Positions 49,300-57,223 of a stretch of DNA of 64,000 nt are shown one piece after another (the first letter of the stretch is position 1; every line of letters starts with the position of its first letter). The notes under the pieces are model-generated. The model worked only from the letters and a program-made list of their open reading frames with translations. It made no database searches and had not been told where the DNA came from. Location: positions 2,397-66,396 of the forward strand of contig PFBV01000003.1 in NCBI GenBank assembly GCA_002778465.1, written 5' to 3'. This DNA comes from Candidatus Magasanikbacteria bacterium CG10_big_fil_rev_8_21_14_0_10_36_32 (GTDB lineage: Bacteria > Patescibacteriota > Patescibacteriia > Magasanikbacterales > GWA2-37-8). The position numbers and the translations under genes were made by a program.

Positions 49300-49322
49300 A
49301 CCCCGCATTAATGCGGGGTTTT
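49300..49322 (+). terminator. intrinsic terminator of family member C
   Basis: aaccccgcat-taat-gcggggtttt. Confidence 0.55.
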
Positions 49323-49326
49323 CCTA

Positions 49327-49355
49327 TTGACACAAATATTAAAATATACTATAAA
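49327..49355 (+). promoter_or_regulatory. sigma70-like promoter TTGACA-17-TATAAA for family member D
   Basis: TTGACAcaaatattaaaatatacTATAAA. It starts 5 nt after the member C terminator. Confidence 0.5.
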
Positions 49356-49422
49356 TAAGATGCTCTTTTAAATTAAACTCAGGGTTTTAAAAACACAAAA
49401 ATAAAAAAGGAAGGAAAAAGGG

Positions 49423-49764
49423 ATGAAAGATTTTTTGTTTATGATAAGTGCTTGGGTTATTGGTATTATGACGGGAGCACTTATTTTTTTTTCGTCGCAT
49501 AACACAGGCAAAAGTTTGCAACTTAGCACTGGCAACTACAATATTGTTCACATCATGGATAAGTCCGAAGATATCAGCGAACCAAGACAAGAACTGCTCG
49601 TGTCCACTATGAATAACCCGACTAAACATCTCTTTGTGACAGTGTCCGAAAAATGCTTCGCCAGCTACTTTGCCGGCGCTGAACTTCTAATTATAAATAA
49701 CGACGACTCGTGCATCTGGACGACCACCCGACGTCCACCATCACCCGAATTTGATATACCGTAA
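49423..49764 (+). CDS. small membrane-anchored protein, family member D
   Basis: SD AAGGAAGGAAAAAGGG. TM ISAWVIGIMTGALIFF. C-domain YNIVHIMDKSEDISEPRQELLVSTMNNPTKHLFVTVSEKCFASYFAGAELLIINNDDSCIWT. The 3-prime half is GC-rich. Confidence 0.55.
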   Translation: MKDFLFMISAWVIGIMTGALIFFSSHNTGKSLQLSTGNYNIVHIMDKSEDISEPRQELLVSTMNNPTKHLFVTVSEKCFASYFAGAELLIINNDDSCIWTTTRRPPSPEFDIP

Positions 49765-49784
49765 ATATCGTTCTTTTTCTCATC

Positions 49785-49812
49785 AGCCTCACACAAAATG
49801 TGAGGCTTTTTA
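49785..49812 (+). terminator. intrinsic terminator of family member D
   Basis: agcctcaca-caaaa-tgtgaggct followed by ttttt. Confidence 0.55.
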
Positions 49813-49889
49813 TTTAAAAATAAAATTTCAAAATTGACAATTCCGCCATAAGTGGCATAATATTAGAGTAATTATATTTTAATGATTTA

Positions 49890-50702
49890 ATGTATATGCG
49901 CGAATGTGAATCAAATAACCAAGAAATTATCATTTACGGTGATTCAAAATTATCCCGCCGAATCAACGAATTTTCTAACTGTCAAACCAACAAAATAGAC
50001 GAGTATAATTTTACTCAACTTTATCAAAAAGACGAAATAAACAAAGATAAAAAATTAACCAATACCGAAACCGGCATCAAAAACGAAAAATTAGCCGAGA
50101 CATTGTTGGTTGGCGCTGTTACCTGTGAATGGTTGGGGTCGCAAATGGCTGTCGTGCGCCCGTCCGCTTATGATATTGATCGGCAAAAAGTAGACTTACT
50201 GGCCGAATGCGCCGCTTATCCGTCAGAAAATTACGGGGAAGAACCGCCGGTTTTAGCCATCTCCATCGCCATAAATGAACATCCTAAAAAAGAAAAAAAT
50301 CCGGATAAATTAAAAACGATTCCGGTTAAATATTTTCAGTCGCCAATTTATGGAACGCCAAGCGCCTTGGAATCAGTTATAATGGTGAACGTGACTATTA
50401 GCCGAGAAAACGCGAACAAATTAAACAAATTGCTGGAAAATATACAACAACTAATCGGCAACATCCATTATAACACTCAGGAACAAACACAGCAGCTTAA
50501 AGAAATGATGGATAAATTTGCCAATCATCCGACGCATTTGCAAATTTTAAAAGATATTTCAAATCAACTGGAATTTTTCGTCAAACAAGCCTCTGCTGAA
50601 ACAAAAAAAGACGATGAATTAACACCCCGCTTAAAAACTTTAAATGACATAATTGGCATAGCCTTGGCGGAAAAAGAACAACAGCTTGAAGACGGACAAT
50701 AA
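49890..50702 (+). CDS. hypothetical protein (270 aa), own TTGACA-17-ATAATA promoter at 49842-49870
   Basis: Stop-free ORF with mixed composition and no recognisable motif. A consensus-like promoter lies just upstream. Confidence 0.4.
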   Translation: MYMRECESNNQEIIIYGDSKLSRRINEFSNCQTNKIDEYNFTQLYQKDEINKDKKLTNTETGIKNEKLAETLLVGAVTCEWLGSQMAVVRPSAYDIDRQKVDLLAECAAYPSENYGEEPPVLAISIAINEHPKKEKNPDKLKTIPVKYFQSPIYGTPSALESVIMVNVTISRENANKLNKLLENIQQLIGNIHYNTQEQTQQLKEMMDKFANHPTHLQILKDISNQLEFFVKQASAETKKDDELTPRLKTLNDIIGIALAEKEQQLEDGQ

Positions 50703-50767
50703 AACAAAAAAACGACGTAAAATTGCAACGCCGTTTATCAATTCTTCATGAAACAATCATCCAAGCT

Positions 50768-51961
50768 TTAATGAAATAATTTCACCACCGTGTAAATTGA
50801 AGCGGCTGAAAAAAACAATAAAACCGGAATGGCTACCAGCCAAAAATTATTCAATCCATAACGCGAGGCGTCTAAATCGCCTTTTTTTCTTGCCTTATAA
50901 GCGATTGCCACCAATAACACAGCTTCAATTCCAATAAATAAACCGCCGATAACATCCAAAATAGAAACAAAACTTCTAAAACCAAATAAAAATAAAATTA
51001 CCGGCACGGATATCACGGCAAACTCCGCCAAATACCTATTTATCTTATGATCCCAAATTAAAGACTGTTTTAAAGCAATGCCAATCCCCAAAAATCCTGT
51101 GCCCATTGCCAAAGCGGCAAATAAATTAGCGCACGCATATACCCAACCGCCAAATTGATGATTTAATCCGACAGTGGCAATTTCCGTGGTGTTCACACCC
51201 AAAAAACCAACTACCGCCAATACGAATAATAAATAAACACCAATTGGAATCAATCCGCCAATAATAATCGCTTTACGAAAATGCTTTTGGCTGCCCGGCA
51301 ACAAAGCATGCGCCTCGGCAATCGCCGGTGTGGCATTTAACGCAAATAAAATCACGCCGTATGGTAAAAATAATTTTGTTAAATCAGTATAAAAAAAATT
51401 TGCCGGATGAAATTTATCCAATAAAAATAAACTCAAACCGACAATCAACCCGATAACAACCATGCTTAATATTTTTTCAACATTTTTTACCGTTTGCAAT
51501 CCACGCCAAATTAAAATACTGCCGATTGACCAAAAACAAATACTCCACCACACTTTATCTCCGCCAAACATAGCCGACAAAGCTTCCCCTTCTCCAATAA
51601 TATAAGCCAACAAAGCGCCATAGCCTGTTAAAATTATAATTAATGACATCAATCTTTTTGCCCAACAACCCAAATAACGACCGGCAAAACCGGGAATCTG
51701 AAAATTTTCTTTAGTTCTAACGGCAATTTCACCAATAATCAAATTCAACATCATTACTACCAAACCCAAAACCAATATATATATCAAACCAATAATCAAA
51801 CCGACCTGCGCCACCACATAAGGCAAACCTAAAATACCGGCGCCGATAGTCATTCCTGTAATCATAAAAACCGCTTCACTCACCGTGGCGGTTTGTTTAT
51901 ATACACCTTGATGTAAAACTACGGATTTTTCATTTTTCAACATACTTAAATAGTATAACAC
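50768..51961 (-). CDS. amino acid permease (hydroxy/aromatic amino acid permease HAAAP-like, 11 TM)
   Basis: The N-terminal segment SEAVFMITGMTIGAGILGLPYVVAQ is typical of the TnaT/TyrP/SdaC-type permeases. 397 aa, polytopic. Confidence 0.55.
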   Translation of the reverse strand: MLYYLSMLKNEKSVVLHQGVYKQTATVSEAVFMITGMTIGAGILGLPYVVAQVGLIIGLIYILVLGLVVMMLNLIIGEIAVRTKENFQIPGFAGRYLGCWAKRLMSLIIILTGYGALLAYIIGEGEALSAMFGGDKVWWSICFWSIGSILIWRGLQTVKNVEKILSMVVIGLIVGLSLFLLDKFHPANFFYTDLTKLFLPYGVILFALNATPAIAEAHALLPGSQKHFRKAIIIGGLIPIGVYLLFVLAVVGFLGVNTTEIATVGLNHQFGGWVYACANLFAALAMGTGFLGIGIALKQSLIWDHKINRYLAEFAVISVPVILFLFGFRSFVSILDVIGGLFIGIEAVLLVAIAYKARKKGDLDASRYGLNNFWLVAIPVLLFFSAASIYTVVKLFH

Positions 51962-51975
51962 ATTTTTAAATTAAT

Positions 51976-52010
51976 AAAAAACTCCCGACAAAAGTTGGGA
52001 GTATTTTTTT
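51976..52010 (-). terminator. bidirectional intrinsic terminator downstream of the Cys-rich small-protein pair, followed by a partial 29-nt direct repeat copy (52028-52056)
   Basis: Hairpin actcccgac-aaaa-gttgggagt with a T-run. The sequence aaagttgggagtatttttttaacaaaaaa is repeated. Confidence 0.5.
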
Positions 52011-52061
52011 AACAAAAAAGAATAGTAAAGTTGGGAGTATTTTTTTAACAAAAAAAATAGT

Positions 52062-52301
52062 TCAGGATCTAGCGAACAATTCCTTGAAATCACGATAAGC
52101 GGACCAAAGACCGAACAAACAAATAAAAATTACGCAAATCGCGACAATGCACGCAGACACTGTGCCCAAACAAGCAATATAAATAGCTAAACCGCACATC
52201 ACGGACATTCCCACCCACACCAAGCAAGTAATTATGAAAACGATGATCCTGACGCATGACGACTTGTTACAACAATTATTTTTAATTTGATTCATCGTCA
52301 T
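52062..52301 (-). CDS. Cys-rich small 2-TM membrane protein (79 aa, 11 Cys), translationally coupled to upstream ORF
   Basis: MTMNQIKNNCCNKSSCVRIIVFIITCLVWVGMSVMCGLAIYIACLGTVSACIVAICVIFICLFGLW. Its start overlaps the stop of 52282-52602. Confidence 0.45.
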   Translation of the reverse strand: MTMNQIKNNCCNKSSCVRIIVFIITCLVWVGMSVMCGLAIYIACLGTVSACIVAICVIFICLFGLWSAYRDFKELFARS

Positions 52302-52602
52302 TTTCTCTCATTTCCTGTTCAATTTTTTTCAACAAAGCTTCCCAGCCTTCCATTTTCAGAATAATTAAACGGCTGTTTATAATTTGGAAATTTTTATAAA
52401 ACCGAAACGTACCATAAGCATTAAGCGTGCAACACACGCCACAACATACCATTTCAAACCAGTCGTTGGAATTATAATTATTCAAACACCACCGAAAACA
52501 AGCGGCCGCGACAACAGTGCAAAAAATCATTCCCGCTACGACACCAACTTGACATAAATGAAGGGACTTTCTAATTTTTTCCGTCCTTTCATCTTTTTCC
52601 AT
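52282..52602 (-). CDS. Cys-rich small membrane protein (106 aa, 10 Cys)
   Basis: LHLCQVGVVAGMIFCTVVAAACFRWC ... MVCCGVCCTLNAYG. SD GAAAGGAA lies upstream, with a promoter repeat at 52665-52712. Confidence 0.45.
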   Translation of the reverse strand: MEKDERTEKIRKSLHLCQVGVVAGMIFCTVVAAACFRWCLNNYNSNDWFEMVCCGVCCTLNAYGTFRFYKNFQIINSRLIILKMEGWEALLKKIEQEMRENDDESN

Positions 52603-52664
52603 TTTGTTCCTTTCTGCTTTAAAAATATCTGCTTTGCCGTCTGTAAATATCCTATTTCCTTTTG

Positions 52665-52712
52665 TTGTTAATGAACTGCTTTATATATAACAAATTTAAA
52701 CAAAAAAGTCAA
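52665..52712 (-). promoter_or_regulatory. 48-nt promoter-containing direct repeat, copy 1 (TTGACT-17-TATATA on the minus strand), driving the Cys-rich small-protein pair
   Basis: Identical to 53556-53603 apart from the flanks. The reverse complement is TTGACTtttttgtttaaatttgtTATATAtaaagcagttcattaacaa. Confidence 0.5.
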
Positions 52713-52721
52713 TGTTAAAAT

Positions 52722-52752
52722 AAAAAAAAAGACCCTGCCGAAAGGCGGGGTC
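52722..52752 (-). terminator. intrinsic terminator downstream of the CPBP protease gene
   Basis: gaccctgcc-gaaa-ggcggggtc, followed by a T9 run on the minus strand. Confidence 0.55.
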
Positions 52753-52775
52753 AAAAGAACAAATTAACAAAAAAA

Positions 52776-53387
52776 TTAACCGATTTTATCGTCATCCGTA
52801 AACGACAAATCGGACGATTTAATATCAAATGACACATTCATATCCAAAGCCGCTTGGGCCAGCTTTGCAAACTCTTCATTTTGCATGATTTTGTCCGTTT
52901 GGGACTTTTCCAATATGTAATCATGAATCTCACAAGAAAAATTCCAAATTACGTGCAACGCCAGCGGTATCCAAATTGTCTGCAATAAAATTCCCACCAC
53001 ACAACTAATAATTCCAAATAACAACATCGGTATCATCAGGGCAAACTTATAAATTATTTTTTTCTCATCTTTAAAGTTATACCAATGCAAACCGCTGAAT
53101 ATGACACTGGAAATAATAATGGCAATTCCGGCGACAACGGTTAACTCGGAAAAGAAAAAAATAATCGGCAAACGAAAAACCATTTCTTCGCCAGTGGGTC
53201 CAATAACGCAAGCTTCCATGCCGTCATTCAACCAATACATCTTGAAAAAATTTTTATAAAACCATTTGGCATTGCCGCATTTCTTGCTATATAATTTATT
53301 TGCCGCCGCCCTAACCAATGCCGCAAAAATTATAATCACAATAAGAATTAAAAACGGTGGTAAAAATTCAATAAATCTTTCCAACAT
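52776..53387 (-). CDS. CPBP-family intramembrane glutamic endopeptidase (CAAX protease/Abi-type bacteriocin-immunity-like)
   Basis: Motif 1 EExxxR (GEEMVFRLPI), motif 2 FxxxH (FSGLHWYN), motif 3 HxxxN (HVIWNF). 6 TM. Confidence 0.7.
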   Translation of the reverse strand: MLERFIEFLPPFLILIVIIIFAALVRAAANKLYSKKCGNAKWFYKNFFKMYWLNDGMEACVIGPTGEEMVFRLPIIFFFSELTVVAGIAIIISSVIFSGLHWYNFKDEKKIIYKFALMIPMLLFGIISCVVGILLQTIWIPLALHVIWNFSCEIHDYILEKSQTDKIMQNEEFAKLAQAALDMNVSFDIKSSDLSFTDDDKIG

Positions 53388-53555
53388 TTTTTATTCTCCT
53401 GTTGGCCGCAACCTTACGTTTTAGCTTGTTTGTCGTACGGAAACAATTTTTTTCCATTTCATCCGACAGACAAAGTATACTATCGGCCCTTGTACCAACG
53501 CTTTTTTCTTTTTTGGATTACCACATCCTATTGCCTTTTTCCGTCAACTGACGAA

Positions 53556-53603
53556 TTGTTAATGAACTGCTTTATATATAACAAATTTAAACAAAAAAGT
53601 CAA
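53556..53603 (-). promoter_or_regulatory. 48-nt promoter-containing direct repeat, copy 2, driving the CPBP protease gene via a ~165-nt leader
   Basis: Same 48-nt sequence as 52665-52712. The leader is GC-richer and potentially structured. SD AGGAGA lies 8 nt before the ATG at 53387. Confidence 0.5.
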
Positions 53604-53616
53604 CTATTAACAAGAG

Positions 53617-53645
53617 TTGACTTCAATAACAATTTAATATATAAT
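53617..53645 (+). promoter_or_regulatory. consensus sigma70 promoter TTGACT-17-TATAAT for tRNA-Val, head-to-head with the CPBP promoter
   Basis: TTGACTtcaataacaatttaataTATAAT. The tRNA 5-prime end lies 14 nt downstream. The -35 boxes of the two divergent promoters form the inverted repeat aagtcaac..gttgactt. Confidence 0.55.
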
Positions 53646-53658
53646 GATTTTACTTTAA

Positions 53659-53732
53659 GCACGCCTAGCTCAGTTGGTTAGAGCACCTCGTTTACACCGA
53701 GGGGGTCAGGGGTTCAAATCCCTTGGCGTGCA
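53659..53732 (+). tRNA. tRNA-Val (anticodon TAC), CCA not encoded
   Basis: GCACGCCTAGCTCAGTTGGTTAGAGCACCTCGTTTACACCGAGGGGGTCAGGGGTTCAAATCCCTTGGCGTGCA: canonical cloverleaf, anticodon loop TTTACAC. Confidence 0.85.
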
Positions 53733-53738
53733 CATTTA

Positions 53739-53770
53739 AAAATGAGCCAATATTTTGGCTCATTTTTAAA
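53739..53770 (+). terminator. intrinsic terminator after tRNA-Val
   Basis: Perfect hairpin atgagccaa-tatt-ttggctcat followed by ttttaaatttt. Confidence 0.6.
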
Positions 53771-53781
53771 TTTTATAAGTT

Positions 53782-54765
53782 CTATTTTTTTAAATAACTA
53801 TCAATTGAATTGCCGCCTTCCCTGTGTCCTTCGGAAATATATATTCTTATTTCATCTCCCATGCGCAAAATCTTGGGATCGGTGCCTTTATCAAAAATAT
53901 TTTTATCCACTATTTTCCAATCTAATCCGTTTTCTGAAATCGCTTCATAAATTCCACTCCAACTCCACCTTCTCCACTGTTTCAAATCTTCCCACGGAGA
54001 AAATCCAGCGACGAAATACATATGATACAAATTTCCTTCTTTGATCACGGCACAACTACCCGCTCTCTGCATATATTTCAACGGTTCTTGCTCATAATCT
54101 ATTCTAACACCTGTGTCCAATACCCAATTCAAACCGTCTTCAGAGTATAAACTTCTAATTCGCCACACTGGCCAAGTCCAATTTTCATTTTTGTATTTTT
54201 CAAAATCAGATGGCACCAACCCGCCTTCATCAAAATACATTCTATATCCTTTATCCAATTTTATAATTTCAAAATGCGCGATTGTTTTTATACCTTCTAA
54301 TTCTCCTTGTCCTGTTACAAGCAAAGGCATTTTTTCAACTTCAAAATTCAATCCATCGTCTGAAATTGCCATCATTAACGCTTGCTGTTTATCATTTTCA
54401 AATCCTCTCTGAAAATAAAGCCTAATTTTTCCATCATCTTCAAGAATAGCCGCCGGCATAGCCGCCCGATGAATTCTTTCTCCTTCAAATTCCCAATTTA
54501 ACCCGTTACAAGATTTATAGCTGTAAATATTCATCAAACCGTCACTTCCCGTTCCAGTACCATGCGAATACAATCTAAAACAATTATTGCTCAATTGGAT
54601 TATATCCGGATTTTGATTGGTATCCTGTTGATTTTCAATCACTGTGCCTTCCAAATTCCATCTTGAAAAACCGGCTAACGGATTATATTCAATCTTCCAA
54701 AATAAAACTAATAATAAAAAAACAAATAAAATTAAAATGATAAATATCAATAAAATTTTTTTCAT
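53782..54765 (-). CDS. membrane-anchored five-bladed beta-propeller glycoside-hydrolase-like protein (GH43/GH32/GH130-type fold)
   Basis: Recurrent blade motifs DGKIRLYF, DDGLNF, EDGLNW, ENGLDW. N-terminal TM. 327 aa. Confidence 0.4.
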   Translation of the reverse strand: MKKILLIFIILILFVFLLLVLFWKIEYNPLAGFSRWNLEGTVIENQQDTNQNPDIIQLSNNCFRLYSHGTGTGSDGLMNIYSYKSCNGLNWEFEGERIHRAAMPAAILEDDGKIRLYFQRGFENDKQQALMMAISDDGLNFEVEKMPLLVTGQGELEGIKTIAHFEIIKLDKGYRMYFDEGGLVPSDFEKYKNENWTWPVWRIRSLYSEDGLNWVLDTGVRIDYEQEPLKYMQRAGSCAVIKEGNLYHMYFVAGFSPWEDLKQWRRWSWSGIYEAISENGLDWKIVDKNIFDKGTDPKILRMGDEIRIYISEGHREGGNSIDSYLKK

Positions 54766-54788
54766 ATTTTTAAATTAAAATTATTCTG

Positions 54789-55787
54789 CTATTTTTTTAA
54801 TTTTTTTGCCAAATCAATAAAATCTGAAATATTATTTTTTTCTTTCATCCAATACCACCACTCCGCCCCCCACAAATAAGCGCGCGAAAAACCAACTCGC
54901 TTGGCATAATCAATATTTTTTTGGAAACGTTCCGGACTCATAGATTTGTATTGTTCTTTAATTGAAAAAGTATGTATATCCGTATCGGTCACCCATGGTT
55001 CAGCTTGTAATTCCACAATAAAACTTTGATCCGATGCGCGATTAGCCAACCAAAGTTTAACCCGATAAAAAAGAGGCGTCAGCCAATCATAACTAAAATA
55101 TCCAAAAGTTTTATTCCACACCACCCGATAAAGCGTGGCACCAAATAAATCTCCGCGTTTGGCTGATTTTTGCCAAGTAGACAACTCACCGCTGTCGGTT
55201 ACCAAAGTCAAATGAGCGGCGTCTAAATTTTTAATTGTTTCTATTTCTTTTTTCAGCATTTCATCGGAAAATTTCCGACAAACTCCAAAATCCAAAAACG
55301 GTTCATTTTCCACCTGCCAAATTTCCAACGCCGAATGTGTTCGATAATGTTTCACTGTCGCTTCAACAAAACTGTCCAATGTTTTAAAATATTCTTCATC
55401 AGACAATGACATTGCCCACTTTGGCGGATGACATTCCGGCCAACGCGGAATTTTTTGTCCAACCACCAAAATAACTTTTACTTTTCGTTTAACCGCTTCA
55501 TCCATATACCAATCCAAACTGGAAAAATCATATTTTCCTTTTTCTTTTTCAATCACATCCCATTGAGCGGACAACCTAATGCGTTTAAAGCCTAAATCGT
55601 CTAAAATCGCCGTAAAAACCTGACGCGAATTCAACTTTAAATAATCAGCGTATTCTTCGTTAAAACTAACGCCATAAATTTGATTTTGATTTTGCCGCGA
55701 AGCGTAATATTTATTCAAACAAAATAAAACAATAACTATTGTCGCGATAACAATTAATCCTGTCATAATTTTTTTTCTAACAAACAT
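54789..55787 (-). CDS. membrane-anchored clan GH-A (GH5-like) TIM-barrel glycoside hydrolase
   Basis: The WQVENEP motif is the characteristic NEP acid/base signature of GH-A hydrolases. N-terminal TM. 332 aa. Confidence 0.45.
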   Translation of the reverse strand: MFVRKKIMTGLIVIATIVIVLFCLNKYYASRQNQNQIYGVSFNEEYADYLKLNSRQVFTAILDDLGFKRIRLSAQWDVIEKEKGKYDFSSLDWYMDEAVKRKVKVILVVGQKIPRWPECHPPKWAMSLSDEEYFKTLDSFVEATVKHYRTHSALEIWQVENEPFLDFGVCRKFSDEMLKKEIETIKNLDAAHLTLVTDSGELSTWQKSAKRGDLFGATLYRVVWNKTFGYFSYDWLTPLFYRVKLWLANRASDQSFIVELQAEPWVTDTDIHTFSIKEQYKSMSPERFQKNIDYAKRVGFSRAYLWGAEWWYWMKEKNNISDFIDLAKKLKK

Positions 55788-55820
55788 AAAAAATATTCAA
55801 TTTAAACATTCTAAATAAAA

Positions 55821-56726
55821 TTATTTTGCCAACAAAGCCAAACCGACGACAATAATCAAAACAGCGATAATCTCCTGAATGATTTCCCAACGGCTATATT
55901 TTTCTTTAAAAAATTTAGAATAAAATTTGCTTAATAAACCAACTAAAATTATTAATAAAGCATATTGAAAACCGGCCAAAGCATAAACAATCGTCACGCT
56001 GCCCAACGAACTGGCATATTGAACCAAAATCAGACCAATCACACCCAACAGTTTAGCTATCATAACAAACAAACCCTTTTTCCAATCTCTCACTCCGTCA
56101 ACCGGACGAAAAATACCCGACAGAGAATTTCTGACACCGGGGAAAAATAATAAGAGTAAAGCGGACGCGCCAACCATCCCCTGAGTCCACACAAAACCGG
56201 TTACAAAATCATATCTGCCATATAAATACTTTGCCGCCACGGCAAAAATAGCCCACAAAAAACCGCCCAACAAACCCCAAATTGCTCCTTTTTGAAATCC
56301 GTTATGGCGTTTGCTTTTTTCTAACGCAATGATAAAAGAACCAAAAACCAACAAAACAATTGCCAACAATTGTCTTGATAAAAAATATTCATTCAAAAAA
56401 ATAAAACTGAATACAAAAACAAAAATAGGAATAACCGCCCCAATAAACGGTCCCATATGACTGACTTCGCTTTTTTGTATGCCGGTATAGCTGGCCCATA
56501 AACCCAAAACAAATGTCAGACCGGCCAAAATAGCCAAACCATAATCAAACGCGCAATTTAATAATCCGACTTTCAACGGAATCAACAATAAAAATAGCAA
56601 AGCAAAAATGGTGGAATAAAAAACAAAAGCCACCGGCTTACGGACAGTTTTATCCAACACAAATTTATCCAATATATTTACAACCGAACTGATGGCATAT
56701 CCGGATAAAGCGACAAAAAACCACAT
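55821..56726 (-). CDS. DMT-superfamily (EamA-like) transporter, 10 TM
   Basis: Duplicated 5-TM halves typical of EamA domains. 301 aa. Confidence 0.5.
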   Translation of the reverse strand: MWFFVALSGYAISSVVNILDKFVLDKTVRKPVAFVFYSTIFALLFLLLIPLKVGLLNCAFDYGLAILAGLTFVLGLWASYTGIQKSEVSHMGPFIGAVIPIFVFVFSFIFLNEYFLSRQLLAIVLLVFGSFIIALEKSKRHNGFQKGAIWGLLGGFLWAIFAVAAKYLYGRYDFVTGFVWTQGMVGASALLLLFFPGVRNSLSGIFRPVDGVRDWKKGLFVMIAKLLGVIGLILVQYASSLGSVTIVYALAGFQYALLIILVGLLSKFYSKFFKEKYSRWEIIQEIIAVLIIVVGLALLAK

Positions 56727-56792
56727 ACTCCTTAAATAAAAATTTTTAATTTTTAATTTTTAAATAATTTCTTAATGCTCCAATTTTTAAAA

Positions 56793-57134
56793 CTACTTGC
56801 AACTTTTGGAAATCTTAGCAAATATCAGAGTTAACTCATGTGATTCTTTCCATAATTTACGACAAATATCTTGCTTGTCAAAATTAGCTGTAACTATCAT
56901 TCTTAACCAATGTTTTGTTTCATTAGCTTCTTTCTGACAGATTCTAATCTTATTTTTAAAATCTTTTTTAGAACTTGCCTGATTCGCTTCCATATAATTT
57001 GCTCCTATACTGGTGGCAGAACGAACTATCTGACTGATTAACGGCCTATTTATAACATTTTCTGGTAATGTTTTAATAAACTTTATTATTTCTTCTCCAA
57101 ATTTAGCTGTTCTCTCCTCTAAATTATAATTCAT
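56793..57134 (-). CDS. four-helix-bundle protein (23S rRNA intervening-sequence protein family, TIGR02436-like)
   Basis: SIGANYMEANQASSKKDFKNKIRICQKEANETKHWL matches the family consensus (IGANyaEa...skkDF..k..ia.KEa.ET..WL). Confidence 0.7.
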   Translation of the reverse strand: MNYNLEERTAKFGEEIIKFIKTLPENVINRPLISQIVRSATSIGANYMEANQASSKKDFKNKIRICQKEANETKHWLRMIVTANFDKQDICRKLWKESHELTLIFAKISKSCK

Positions 57135-57223
57135 ATGACTATCCTATTCTGGGTGTTTAAAAATTATGATTTATTTAAAAATTATAAAATTATAAAATTA
57201 AAAATTTAAAGTTTGAACTTAAA

